Positions 44,557 through 53,791 of a DNA stretch of 64,000 bases are shown here, piece by piece. The stretch is taken from NCBI GenBank assembly GCA_035716025.1, contig DASTKH010000041.1:177426-241425 (forward strand), given 5' to 3'. The DNA is from Xanthobacteraceae bacterium. GTDB taxonomy: Bacteria; Pseudomonadota; Alphaproteobacteria; Rhizobiales; Xanthobacteraceae. The notes beneath the pieces are model-generated. The model was not told the origin of the DNA. It worked only from the letters and a program-made list of their open reading frames with translations, and did not search any database. The first letter of the stretch is position 1. Each line of letters opens with the position of its first letter. The position numbers and the translations under genes were made by a program.

Positions 44557-45624
44557 ATGGCAATCCGCAGCATCGCGTCCGCGCTGGCGCTCGCCGGCGC
44601 GACGGTTCTCGCCGCGGCGGCGCACGCCGAAACGTTCCGGCTCCGCATTGCGTCCGGGCATCCGACGGCCAACACCTATGTCGAGCTGATGCAGAACTAT
44701 TTCGTGCCGGAGGTGAAGAAGCGCGTGGCCGAGCGCACCAAGCACAAGATCGAATTCATCGAAGGCTACGGCGGCGCGATGGTGAAAGTCGCCGAGACGC
44801 TCGAGGGGGTACAATCCGGAATCATCGACGTCGGCGGCTTCTGCTTCTGCTTCGAGCCGTCGAATCTGCCGCTGCACGCCTTCCAGGTTATGCTGCCATT
44901 CGGCACGATGGATCCCGTGGTGAGCGTGCAAATGGCGCGCCGAGTCTACGACCGGGTGCCGCTGATGTCCAAGGTGTTTGAGGACCGGTTCAAGCAGAAG
45001 CTGATCGGTCTCATCGCCGACAACGGTTACAATATCGGCACGAATTTCGAGTGGAACAAAGTCGGCGATCTCAAGGGCGTCAAGATCGGCGGCGCAGGGC
45101 TCAACATGAAATGGCTCGAATTCGCCGGCGCGGTGCCGGTGCAGACATCGCTGCCGGAGGTTTATACGTCGCTGCAGACCGGCGTCTACAACGGGGTCAT
45201 TCTGTTTCCGTCCGGCATGGTGAATTTCAAGCTCTTCGAGGTCGCGAAATATTATACCGAGATCGGCTTCGGGGCGATCACCTGGCACGGGCTGACGATC
45301 AACGCAGCGCGCTTCGCCAAGCTGCCGAAGGACGTGCAGGAGATCATTCTCGAAGTCGGCCGCGACTATGAGGCGCAGACCGGGATCGTCAACAAGGACA
45401 ACTATCCGAAGCAGATGAGGGCTTTTGCGGACGCGGGCGGCGTCGTGCGCAAACTGCCTGAGACGGTTCGGCAGGAGTGGGCCAAGTCGTTGTCGGAATG
45501 GCCGGCCCAAAAGGCGAAGGAGCTTGACGGCCTCGGCCTTCCCGGTACGCAGGTTCTCGAACTGGCCTTGAACGAGGCGGAAGCGCTCGGTCACAAATGG
45601 CCGGTTCGTTACAAAGTGAAGTAG
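44557..45624 (+). CDS. TRAP transporter substrate-binding protein, DctP family (paralog 2)
   Basis: Signal peptide MAIRSIASALALAGATVLAAAAHA. It is colinear with paralog 1, sharing long identical runs (RLRIASGHP, FVPEVKKRVA, EGYGGAMVKVA.TLEGVQSGIID, CFCFEPSNLP, YYTEIGFGAITWHGLT). GGGGAGGAG lies upstream of ATG 44557. Confidence 0.85.
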   Translation: MAIRSIASALALAGATVLAAAAHAETFRLRIASGHPTANTYVELMQNYFVPEVKKRVAERTKHKIEFIEGYGGAMVKVAETLEGVQSGIIDVGGFCFCFEPSNLPLHAFQVMLPFGTMDPVVSVQMARRVYDRVPLMSKVFEDRFKQKLIGLIADNGYNIGTNFEWNKVGDLKGVKIGGAGLNMKWLEFAGAVPVQTSLPEVYTSLQTGVYNGVILFPSGMVNFKLFEVAKYYTEIGFGAITWHGLTINAARFAKLPKDVQEIILEVGRDYEAQTGIVNKDNYPKQMRAFADAGGVVRKLPETVRQEWAKSLSEWPAQKAKELDGLGLPGTQVLELALNEAEALGHKWPVRYKVK

Positions 45625-45678
45625 GATTGCGCAAGGGGGCCGGCTTCGGCCGGCCCCGAACGGGGACGGGGAGCATTC

Positions 45679-46212
45679 GTGATTGACACAATATCTGCCA
45701 TCAATGCGCGTCTGGTCCATCTGCTGCTGGCCGCGGCGGCTCTGCTCGGCTTCGCGCTCGCCTATCTCGTCGTCATCGACGTGATCGGCCGTAGCTTCTT
45801 CAACCATCCGGTCCAGGGCACGCCGGAAATCGTGTCCATGTCGATCGTCATCATCTGCTTCCTGCTCGCAGGCTACGCCGTGCAGAGCCGCAGCATGATC
45901 TACACGGACGTGCTCGTCGGTCTGTTCGGATGGCGCGGTCCGCTGGTGACGGCGCTCTCGTCGGGAATTCTCGGGGCCATGTTCTTCGGGCTCATTATGT
46001 GGGGCACCTGGGAGCCGCTGGTGCATGCGATCACCAGCGGCGAATATGAGGGCGAGGGCGCGCTGCGGGTGCCGACCTGGCCCGCGCGTACGGCGGTTCT
46101 CGCGGGCTCCGCGCTGGTGATGGTCAATTATGTCGGGCAGGCCGTCGGCGCGGCCGCCGCGCTGATCCGCAACAGGCCTCCGGCCTCTACACCTGCTCAG
46201 CCGGCGCATTAG
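45679..46212 (+). CDS. TRAP transporter small permease (DctQ)
   Basis: 177 aa with four TM helices. GTG start, with GGGGAG 5 nt upstream. It lies between the DctP and DctM genes. Confidence 0.8.
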   Translation: MIDTISAINARLVHLLLAAAALLGFALAYLVVIDVIGRSFFNHPVQGTPEIVSMSIVIICFLLAGYAVQSRSMIYTDVLVGLFGWRGPLVTALSSGILGAMFFGLIMWGTWEPLVHAITSGEYEGEGALRVPTWPARTAVLAGSALVMVNYVGQAVGAAAALIRNRPPASTPAQPAH

Positions 46213-46220
46213 GGGCGATC

Positions 46221-47588
46221 ATGCAGAACCTCGACATGATCATCATCATCCTCACCGTGCTGGGGCTTGTCTTCGCCGGTGTCCACATCGCCATCGCTCT
46301 CGGCATTACGGCCGTACTCGGCATCTATCTGATGCTGGGCGACATGGACGTGGTCCGCAACTTCGTCGCCAACACCGGCTACGAGGCGCTGCGCGACTAT
46401 GTCTTCGCCGTGTTGCCCCTGTTCATGCTGATGGGCGACTTCCTGTCGAAATGCGGGGCCGCGCGCGATCTCTACGCACTCGCCAACCGGCTGAGCGGCT
46501 GGCTCCCGGCCCGTCTTGCGGTCGCGACCATCGTCGCCAACGCGCTGTTCGGTTTCGTGACCGGCGTGAGCATTGCCGCGGCGGCCGCATTCTCGCGCAT
46601 CGCCTATCCCGAGATGATGCGCTACGGTTACGGCCGGTCGCTGGCCCTCGGGGCGATCAGCGGAAGCGCCTGTCTCGGCATGTTGATTCCGCCCTCGGTG
46701 CTGATGATCGTCTGGGCGGTGCTGACAGAAATCTCCATCGGACAATTGTTTCTCGCGGGGGTGATCCCTGGGCTCCTGACCGCCGCGCTGATGTGCGCCT
46801 GGGTGGTGCTGGTAGCGCTGGTCAAGCCGGAGCTCGCGGGCGGCGCGCCGCGCGGCGCCGTCACCGCCGCGCCACTCGGCGCTGCGGTTGCGACACCCGC
46901 CAATCCACCGGTGACGGACACGCCGGAGGATCGCCCGCTCGGCGAGCTTCTCATGAGCACTGGACTCGTCGTCGCGCTCGTCGTGGGCGTGCTGATGTCC
47001 ATCTGGTTCGGCATCGCCACACCGACCGAAGGCGCCGCCGTCGGTGCCGTCGGCGCCATGATCCTCGCGCTCATCAAGGGCATCAGTCTGCGGGAAATCT
47101 GGCAGGTCGTTCTCGACGTGGGCCGTACCCTCGGCCCGCTGCTGCTTTTGCTCATCTGCGCGCAACTCTATTCGCGCGTCCTTTCCATGACCGGCTTCAC
47201 GGAAGCTGCGCGGGAATTTCTGCTCGGCACCGGCCTCGGCCCCTGGGGCATCCTGGCCGTCATGGTCGCGATCTGGTTCGTGCTCGGCTGCCTCGTCGAT
47301 TCGATCTCGATCATTCTCTTGACGGTGCCGATCTTCGCCCCGATTGCGACGCATCTTGGCTTCGACCCGATCGCCTTCGCGATCATGGGAATTCTCGCGA
47401 TTGAGACCGGCATGTTGACGCCGCCGTTCGGTCTGCTGGTGTTCACCGTAAAAGCCGCGGTTCCGGACCGCACCGTCACGCTTGCCACAATCTTCACAGG
47501 GTCGATTCCGTACTGGATCATTCTGCTCATCATGGTGGCGGCGATTGCGATGTTCCCCGGCCTCGCGACATACTTGCCCGGCGTTTAG
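46221..47588 (+). CDS. TRAP transporter large permease (DctM)
   Basis: 455-aa polytopic membrane protein, directly after DctQ. Confidence 0.88.
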   Translation: MQNLDMIIIILTVLGLVFAGVHIAIALGITAVLGIYLMLGDMDVVRNFVANTGYEALRDYVFAVLPLFMLMGDFLSKCGAARDLYALANRLSGWLPARLAVATIVANALFGFVTGVSIAAAAAFSRIAYPEMMRYGYGRSLALGAISGSACLGMLIPPSVLMIVWAVLTEISIGQLFLAGVIPGLLTAALMCAWVVLVALVKPELAGGAPRGAVTAAPLGAAVATPANPPVTDTPEDRPLGELLMSTGLVVALVVGVLMSIWFGIATPTEGAAVGAVGAMILALIKGISLREIWQVVLDVGRTLGPLLLLLICAQLYSRVLSMTGFTEAAREFLLGTGLGPWGILAVMVAIWFVLGCLVDSISIILLTVPIFAPIATHLGFDPIAFAIMGILAIETGMLTPPFGLLVFTVKAAVPDRTVTLATIFTGSIPYWIILLIMVAAIAMFPGLATYLPGV

Positions 47589-47683
47589 GACCGCGCCCGC
47601 ATTTTGCCCCGGCATCGGCGCAAACTCGCAAGGCAAGGAGAGGCACCGGTGTCGCCCTTCCTTGCCGAAAGGATGCAGACGCC

Positions 47684-48514
47684 ATGACGACCACCGCCGA
47701 AAGGCGCCGGATCTTCCGGCAGTTGCATGAGGCCGGCTGCTTCGTGATCCCCAATCCGTGGGATGTCGGCAGCGCGCGCTATCTCAAGAGCCTCGGCTTT
47801 AAGGCGCTGGCGACCACGAGCGCGGGCGCCGCCTGGTCCATGGGCTATGCGGACGGCCGCACGCCGCCCGCGCAAATGCTCGCCCATATCCGCGAAATCG
47901 TGGAGGCGACGGATCTTCCGGTGAATGCGGATTTCGAGGGCGGCTATGTCGATGCGCCCGACGCGCTGCAGCGGGCCGTGCGGGACTGCATGGATACCGG
48001 CGTCGCCGGACTTTCGATCGAAGACTATACCGGCGACCGCAACGACCCGATCTATCCGTTCGATCTCGCGGTCGCCCGGATCGCGGCGGCGCGCGCGGCG
48101 ATCGACAGGGCGGGCGGAGAAGTTCTGCTCGTCGGCCGGGCGGAAGGGCTGATCCGCAATCGGCCGGATTTCGACGAGATCCTGCGCCGGCTCAAAGCGT
48201 ATGCGGCCGCGGGGGCGGATTGCCTCTATGCACCCGGGCTGAAGACCCGCGAGGAGATCGCCGCCGTCGTCGCGGCGGCTGCGCCCAAGCCCGTCAACGT
48301 GCTGATGGGCACGCCGAGCCCGCTCACGGTCGCCGACCTCGCGGCGCTCGGAGTGCGGCGGATCAGCGTCGGCGGCTCGCTCGCCCGCTCGGCCTGGGGC
48401 GGGCTCATGCGGGCCGCCAAGCGGATCGCCGAGGCGGGCGACTTCAACGGCTTTGCCGACGCCGCGTCCGGCCCGGAGCTCAACGCTCTGTTTTCGGCTT
48501 CGAGCAAGACTTGA
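47684..48514 (+). CDS. Isocitrate lyase/PEP mutase superfamily enzyme (2-methylisocitrate lyase / oxaloacetate decarboxylase-like)
   Basis: FVIPNPWDVGSARYLKSLGFKALATTSAG...DLPVNADFEGGY...GVAGLSIED. Confidence 0.8.
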   Translation: MTTTAERRRIFRQLHEAGCFVIPNPWDVGSARYLKSLGFKALATTSAGAAWSMGYADGRTPPAQMLAHIREIVEATDLPVNADFEGGYVDAPDALQRAVRDCMDTGVAGLSIEDYTGDRNDPIYPFDLAVARIAAARAAIDRAGGEVLLVGRAEGLIRNRPDFDEILRRLKAYAAAGADCLYAPGLKTREEIAAVVAAAAPKPVNVLMGTPSPLTVADLAALGVRRISVGGSLARSAWGGLMRAAKRIAEAGDFNGFADAASGPELNALFSASSKT

Positions 48515-48591
48515 CCCGCCCGCCGGTTTTCGAGGAATGACGGAAGGCAGTGTGCCTGCCGTCACAGTCCTTCGATTTCGGAGTCTTTGCC

Positions 48592-49305
48592 ATGACGCTC
48601 GTGAACGAGCCGGACCCGGCAACCGGTCTGCCCGTCGGCAAGCTTGTCAATACCTGGCCGGCCTCGCGGCCCGGCGAGGCGAAACTGATGGGCCGTTTCG
48701 GGCACGTGGAAAAGCTCGAAGAGCGACACGCCGCGGCCCTCTGGGAGGCCGTGCGCGGTCACGATGCGCTCTGGGTCTATATGAATTACGGTCCGTTTGC
48801 CGACGAGGCCGCTTTCACCGCCTGGGTGCGCGAACGCGCCGCGCTCGAGGACCCGTACTCCTATGTCGTCGTCGACGGGGACAGCGACCGCGCGGTCGGC
48901 ATCGCCGCGCTGATGGAAATCCGGCCGGTCATGCGGGTCATCGAGGTCGGCCATATCGTCTACAGCCCCGCCCTGCAACGCACGCCGCTCGGCACCGAGG
49001 CGCAGTTTCTGCTCGCCCGCTACGCCTTCGAGTCGCTTGGTTACCGACGCTACGAGTGGAAATGCAATGCGCTCAATGCTGCCTCGCGGCGGGCGGCGGA
49101 GCGCTACGGCTTCACGTTCGAAGGCATTTTCCGCCAGCACCAGATCATTCGTGGGCGAAACCGCGACACCGCCTGGTTTTCGATCCTCGATTCCGAATGG
49201 CCGGCGCGCAAGCGCGCCTTCGAGCGCTGGCTGTCGGCGGACAATTTCACCGCCGAGGGCAAGCAGAAACAGAGCCTTGCGGCGCTGCGCGGCGCGCCGC
49301 GATGA
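48592..49305 (+). CDS. GNAT-family N-acetyltransferase (RimJ/RimL-like)
   Basis: 237 aa with EVGHIVYSPALQRTPLGTEAQFLLARYAFESLGYRRYEWKCNALNAASRRAAERYGFTFEG. Confidence 0.8.
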   Translation: MTLVNEPDPATGLPVGKLVNTWPASRPGEAKLMGRFGHVEKLEERHAAALWEAVRGHDALWVYMNYGPFADEAAFTAWVRERAALEDPYSYVVVDGDSDRAVGIAALMEIRPVMRVIEVGHIVYSPALQRTPLGTEAQFLLARYAFESLGYRRYEWKCNALNAASRRAAERYGFTFEGIFRQHQIIRGRNRDTAWFSILDSEWPARKRAFERWLSADNFTAEGKQKQSLAALRGAPR

Positions 49306-49757
49306 GCCTGTGCCTGATGCGTCCGGTGCTGCCGGCGGATCATGCGGCGGCGCTTGCCCTGCAGCGGGCCGCCTTCGGCCGCAATGTCGCGATTATGGGC
49401 GTCGAGCCTCTGCCGCTGCGGGCCGATTACGACGCCATCTTCGCCACCCACGAAGCGTGGCTTGCCGAACGCGAAGGGGCGCCCGTCGGCATGCTGATCC
49501 TCAAGCCGCGTCCCGAGGATCTTTACATCTGGAGCATCGCGACCGCTCCGGCGATGCAACGCCAAGGAGTGGGGCGGCTGATGCTCGCCGCGGCCGAGGA
49601 GCGCGCCCACGCGCTCGGGCGGACGTGCCTGCGCCTGCGCACGGGCGAAAAGCTCGTCGACAATGTCGCCTGGTATTCGCGACACGGCTTTTCGATCGAA
49701 TCGGTCGAGGATCTTGCCGATCGGCGCGTCGTGCACATGGTCAAGACGTTGGGCTGA
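49302..49757 (+). CDS. GNAT-family N-acetyltransferase (small)
   Basis: 151 aa with the acetyl-CoA motif APAMQRQGVGRLMLAAAEERA. The ATG overlaps the preceding stop (ATGA). Confidence 0.8.
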   Translation: MSLCLMRPVLPADHAAALALQRAAFGRNVAIMGVEPLPLRADYDAIFATHEAWLAEREGAPVGMLILKPRPEDLYIWSIATAPAMQRQGVGRLMLAAAEERAHALGRTCLRLRTGEKLVDNVAWYSRHGFSIESVEDLADRRVVHMVKTLG

Positions 49758-49870
49758 CCGCGCCGGGGTGTTGCGGCTTTGCGACGGGCCCTTGACCCGC
49801 CGTCTCATCTCGTCTCGCATTCCGCCCTGCCGGCCGGCATTGCGGTCGGCTTTTTCGGCGAGGATGGCAC

Positions 49871-50617
49871 ATGGCAGGGCGGCTTGCGGGTAAGACGGCA
49901 TTCATCACGGCGGCCGGGCAGGGGATTGGACGGGCGACCGCCGAGAGTTTCCTGCGCGAGGGTGCGCAGGTGATTGCAACCGACATCGACGAGAGCAAGC
50001 TCGCCGGCCTTGGCGGTGCCACGACACGCAGGCTCGATGTCTGTTCCACCGAGGCGGTGAACGCGCTCGCCAAGGAATGCGGCCCGGTGGACGTTCTGGT
50101 CAACTGCGCCGGCTGGGTACCGCACGGCACCGTTCTCGACGCGACGGAAGAAGAGTGGGACCGCGCCTTCGACATCAACGTCAAATCCATGCACCGAACG
50201 ATCGGCGCCTTCCTTCCCGGGATGTTGGAGAAGGGCGGGGGCTCGATCGTAAACATTTCCTCGGGGGCCTCGTCGGTGCGGGGCATTCCGTTCCGCTACA
50301 TCTACGGGGCGACGAAAGCGGCCGTGATCGGCCTCACCAAGGCCGTGGCCGCGGACTTCATCCGCAAGGGCATCCGCGCGAACGCGGTGTGTCCGGGCAC
50401 GATCGACACGCCCTCGCTCGATCAGCGCATCGCGGCGCTCTCGCGCGAGACCGGCCGCCCGCTCGATCAGGTCCGCCAGGAATTCATCGATCGTCAGCCC
50501 ATGGGGCGGCTCGGCACTGCGCAGGAGATTGCCTGGCTTGTCGTCTATCTTGCCTCGGACGAGGCGAGCTACACGACCGGGCAGATTCACCTTGCCGACG
50601 GCGGCTTTGCGCTGTGA
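49871..50617 (+). CDS. SDR-family oxidoreductase, DHRS6/BDH2-like (2-keto-3-deoxy-L-fuconate dehydrogenase-like)
   Basis: TAAGQGIG cofactor motif, the catalytic YxxxK in YGATKAAVIGLTK, and strong colinearity with my recollection of DHRS6-type SDRs (VCPGTIDTPSL, YLASDEASYTTG). Confidence 0.85.
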   Translation: MAGRLAGKTAFITAAGQGIGRATAESFLREGAQVIATDIDESKLAGLGGATTRRLDVCSTEAVNALAKECGPVDVLVNCAGWVPHGTVLDATEEEWDRAFDINVKSMHRTIGAFLPGMLEKGGGSIVNISSGASSVRGIPFRYIYGATKAAVIGLTKAVAADFIRKGIRANAVCPGTIDTPSLDQRIAALSRETGRPLDQVRQEFIDRQPMGRLGTAQEIAWLVVYLASDEASYTTGQIHLADGGFAL

Positions 50618-50702
50618 GGTCCGTTGCGGTCTCGTCTGCTCCGGCGGCGGCGCCGCATCTCATGCTGAGGAGCGGCTGAAGCCGAAGGCCGGAAGCGTGT
50701 CT

Positions 50703-51716
50703 TCATCCTTCGAGACGCACGGCTTCGCTGCGCTTATCAGGATGAGGGAGACGCCTGGCGACCGCCTCCGGACGAGGGAACGCGCGGCAGGCCTCCTCAT
50801 ATTCGCTCTTGAGCCGCGCGCAGAGTTCCGCCGCGGTCGGGATGTCGCGGATCGCGCCGACCCCCTGGCCGGCCGACCACACATGCTTCCAGGCGCGCTT
50901 GTCGCGCGCCTCCCGCGACATGTTCATCTCGGGCTTGGGCGGCAAATTGTCGGGGTCGAGACCGTTCGCGATCAGGCTCTTCCGCAGAAAATTTCCGGAG
51001 ACTCCGCTGATGGCCGGCGTGTAGATGATATCGGCCGCGCGAGCCTCGACGATCATCTCTTTGCATTCCGGCGGCGCGAGGCTCTCTTTCACGGCGATGA
51101 AGCGGGTGCCGAGATAGGCGAGATCGGCGCCGAGCATCAGCGCCGCCGCGATATGCCGCCCGGTGGACATCGCGCCCGAGAGCAGGATCGTCCCGCCGAA
51201 GAACGAGCGGATTTCCGGCACGAGCGCGAAGGGGCTCAGCGTGCCGGCATGGCCGCCCGCGCCGGCGCAAACCGCAATAAGGCCGTCCACTCCGGCCCCC
51301 GCCGCCTTTTCCGCATGGCGGATGTTGATCACGTCGTGGAAGACGAGCCCGCCGTACGAATGTACGGCATCGACCAGCTCCGAGACGGCGCCGAGCGAGG
51401 TGATGACGAGCGGCACCTTGTGCTTCTCAATGATCTTGAGGTCCGCGTCGACACGGGGGTTCGAGCGGTGAACGATCAGGTTGACCCCAAAGGGGGCGGG
51501 AGCCTCGCCGGCGCGTTCGGCTGCCGCAAGTCGCGCCTCGATCTCATCGAGCCAGGCCTCGAAGCCTTCGCTCGTCCGCTGGTTGAGGGCGGGGAACGTG
51601 CCGAGCAGGCCGGCCCGGCAGACCTCGACGACGAGATCCGGCCCCGAGACGAGGAACATCGGTGCGGCGACGGCGGGCAGAGCGAGCCGATCGGCGAGGC
51701 GGGGCGGAAGCGGCAA
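50703..51716 (-). CDS. Nitronate monooxygenase / 2-nitropropane dioxygenase family (FMN) protein
   Basis: PMFLVSGPDLVVEVCRAGLLGTFP...AGGHAG...LGADLAYLGTRF. There is no ATG between the far-upstream track start (51860) and the conserved N-terminus. A TTG at 51716, with GGAG 7 nt upstream, gives a normal-length protein. Confidence 0.8.
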   Translation of the reverse strand: MPLPPRLADRLALPAVAAPMFLVSGPDLVVEVCRAGLLGTFPALNQRTSEGFEAWLDEIEARLAAAERAGEAPAPFGVNLIVHRSNPRVDADLKIIEKHKVPLVITSLGAVSELVDAVHSYGGLVFHDVINIRHAEKAAGAGVDGLIAVCAGAGGHAGTLSPFALVPEIRSFFGGTILLSGAMSTGRHIAAALMLGADLAYLGTRFIAVKESLAPPECKEMIVEARAADIIYTPAISGVSGNFLRKSLIANGLDPDNLPPKPEMNMSREARDKRAWKHVWSAGQGVGAIRDIPTAAELCARLKSEYEEACRAFPRPEAVARRLPHPDKRSEAVRLEG

Positions 51717-51880
51717 GGCACGACTCCGAAAAAGGACTTCAAGGGAATATCCTATGCGGGCCGCGCTATCCAGGCTCCGACCGGCGGAGGCGGGCGCAGG
51801 GCGGGTCACCAGGCCGCGGCGCTTGACCGCCGCCGCCCGCCCCCTAAGGTCCGCCGGCATGAACTGAGGGAGGGAAAGCG

Positions 51881-52864
51881 GTGCACGTCCTCATTACCGG
51901 AGCGGCCGGCATGGTCGGCCGCAAGCTCACGGAGCGACTGGTGCGTGACGGCGGCCTCAACGGCCGGCCGATCGACAAGCTCACGCTTGTCGACGTCGTC
52001 GCGCCCGCCGTCCCGAAGGCCAAAGGGCTGCAAATCGCGGCCGCCGCCGCCGACATTTCCGATCCGGCCCGGACGGCGAAGCTCATCGCGGCGCGCCCCG
52101 ACACAATCTTCCATCTCGCTTCCGTCGTTTCAGGCGAGGCGGAGCTCGATTTCGACAAGGGCTACCGCGTCAACCTTCTCGGCATGCTGGGGTTGCTCGA
52201 GGCCGTCCGGCGGACGGGCGACGGCTACCGGCCCAAGCTCGTGTTCACCTCCTCGATCGCCGTCTACGGCGCGCCCTTTCCGGATTCGATTCCGGACGAC
52301 TTCCATCTCACGCCGCTCACCTCCTACGGGACGCAGAAGGCGATCTGCGAGCACCTCTTGGCCGACTACACCCGTCGAGGGTTCGTCGACGGCATCGGCA
52401 TCCGCCTGCCCACCATCTGCGTGCGGCCCGGAAAGCCCAACAAGGCGGCCTCGGGCTTCTTTTCGTCGATCATCCGCGAACCGCTCATCGGGGAGGAGGC
52501 GGTGCTGCCGGTGAGCGAGGGCGTCCGCCACACCCATGCGAGCCCGCGTTCGGCGGTCGGCTTCCTCATCCATGCGGCGGGGCTGCGGCGCGAGGAAATC
52601 GGCCCGCGCAATAGCCTCACCATGCCGGGCACCTCGTGCACCGTGGGCGAGCAGATCGAGGCGCTGCGGCGGGTCGCCGGCGACAAGGTGGCGGCCCGCA
52701 TCCGGCGGGAGCCCGACGAAATGGTCATGCGCATCGTCAACGGCTGGGCCCGGCGCGTCGACGCAAGCCGCGCCCGTGCGCTCGGCTTCAAGGCGGAGTC
52801 GAGCTTCGAAGAAATCATCCGCGCGCATATCGAGGACGAACTGGAAGGCCGAATTGCCGCCTGA
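51881..52864 (+). CDS. NAD-dependent epimerase/dehydratase-family protein (D-erythronate dehydrogenase DenD-like)
   Basis: GTG start with GGAGGG upstream. Rossmann motif ITGAAGMVG and catalytic YGTQK. Confidence 0.8.
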   Translation: MHVLITGAAGMVGRKLTERLVRDGGLNGRPIDKLTLVDVVAPAVPKAKGLQIAAAAADISDPARTAKLIAARPDTIFHLASVVSGEAELDFDKGYRVNLLGMLGLLEAVRRTGDGYRPKLVFTSSIAVYGAPFPDSIPDDFHLTPLTSYGTQKAICEHLLADYTRRGFVDGIGIRLPTICVRPGKPNKAASGFFSSIIREPLIGEEAVLPVSEGVRHTHASPRSAVGFLIHAAGLRREEIGPRNSLTMPGTSCTVGEQIEALRRVAGDKVAARIRREPDEMVMRIVNGWARRVDASRARALGFKAESSFEEIIRAHIEDELEGRIAA

Positions 52865-52954
52865 GAGGGCGGGTGGTCTCCATCCGCCGCAGGCGGCAGA
52901 CCCTTGCCCCCCGCTCTCGGCTTCCTAGATTGCGTGCAAAAGGACGGTTCCGGA

Positions 52955-53779
52955 ATGACTTATGTGGATGCGGCGGTCGCGCCGCTGCGCAAGAACGGGC
53001 AGATCAAGCTGCACAGCGCCGAGGCGTTCGCGGGCATGCGCCGCGCGGGCCGGCTCGTCGCCGAATGCCTCGACATGCTGGTCGACGAGGTGAAGCCCGG
53101 CGTGACGACGGAGCGAATCGACCGACTGGTGTTCGAGTTCGGGATGGACCACGGCGCCTATCCGGCGACCCTTATGTATCGGGGCTACCGCAAGTCCACC
53201 TGCACGTCGATCAATCACGTGGTCTGCCACGGCATCCCGAACGAGAAGCCGCTCAGGGAAGGCGATATCGTCAACATCGACGTAACGTTGATCCTCGACG
53301 GCTGGCACGGGGATTCGAGCCGCATGTATGCGGTCGGAGAAATCCCGCGCCGCGCCGAGCGGCTTATCGATGTGACCCACGAGGCGATGATGCGGGGGAT
53401 CGCCGCCGTGAAGCCGGGCGCGACCACGGGCGATATCGGTGCCGCGATCCAGGCCTATGTCGAGCCGCAGCACATGAGCGTGGTGCGCGACTTCTGCGGT
53501 CATGGTCTCGGCCGGCTGTTCCACGACGAGCCCAATATCGTGCATGTCGGGCGGCCGGGAGAGGGCATCGTGCTCAAGCCGGGCATGCTGTTCACGATTG
53601 AGCCGATGATCAATCTCGGGCGCCCGCATGTGAAGGTGCTCTCGGACGGCTGGACGGCGGTCACGCGCGACCGCTCGCTTTCCGCACAGTTTGAGCACAG
53701 CGTCGGGGTCACCGAAGCCGGCGTCGAAGTTTTCACCAATTCCCCGAAGGGGCTGGACAAGCCGCCGTACCGGGTTTGA
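52955..53779 (+). CDS. map: Type I methionine aminopeptidase
   Basis: FAGMRRAGRLVAECLD..., CHGIPN, DIVNIDVT, GHGLGRLFHDEP, FTIEPM, and EHSVGVTE. Confidence 0.92.
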   Translation: MTYVDAAVAPLRKNGQIKLHSAEAFAGMRRAGRLVAECLDMLVDEVKPGVTTERIDRLVFEFGMDHGAYPATLMYRGYRKSTCTSINHVVCHGIPNEKPLREGDIVNIDVTLILDGWHGDSSRMYAVGEIPRRAERLIDVTHEAMMRGIAAVKPGATTGDIGAAIQAYVEPQHMSVVRDFCGHGLGRLFHDEPNIVHVGRPGEGIVLKPGMLFTIEPMINLGRPHVKVLSDGWTAVTRDRSLSAQFEHSVGVTEAGVEVFTNSPKGLDKPPYRV

Positions 53780-53791
53780 TCATCGGCGGCC

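Noticed and set aside
47632-47666. The hairpin GGCAAGGA-N19-TCCTTGCC after dctM, as a possible intrinsic terminator.
   Set aside because: The loop is long and there is no U-tract. It could form in RNA, but the evidence is too weak to call a terminator.
49802-49819. CGTCTCAT-CT-CGTCTCGCAT upstream of the DHRS6-like SDR gene, which shares the GTCTCAT word with the IclR palindromes.
   Set aside because: It is a direct repeat, not an inverted one, and imperfect. A single half-site occurrence is within chance expectation for this 7-mer.
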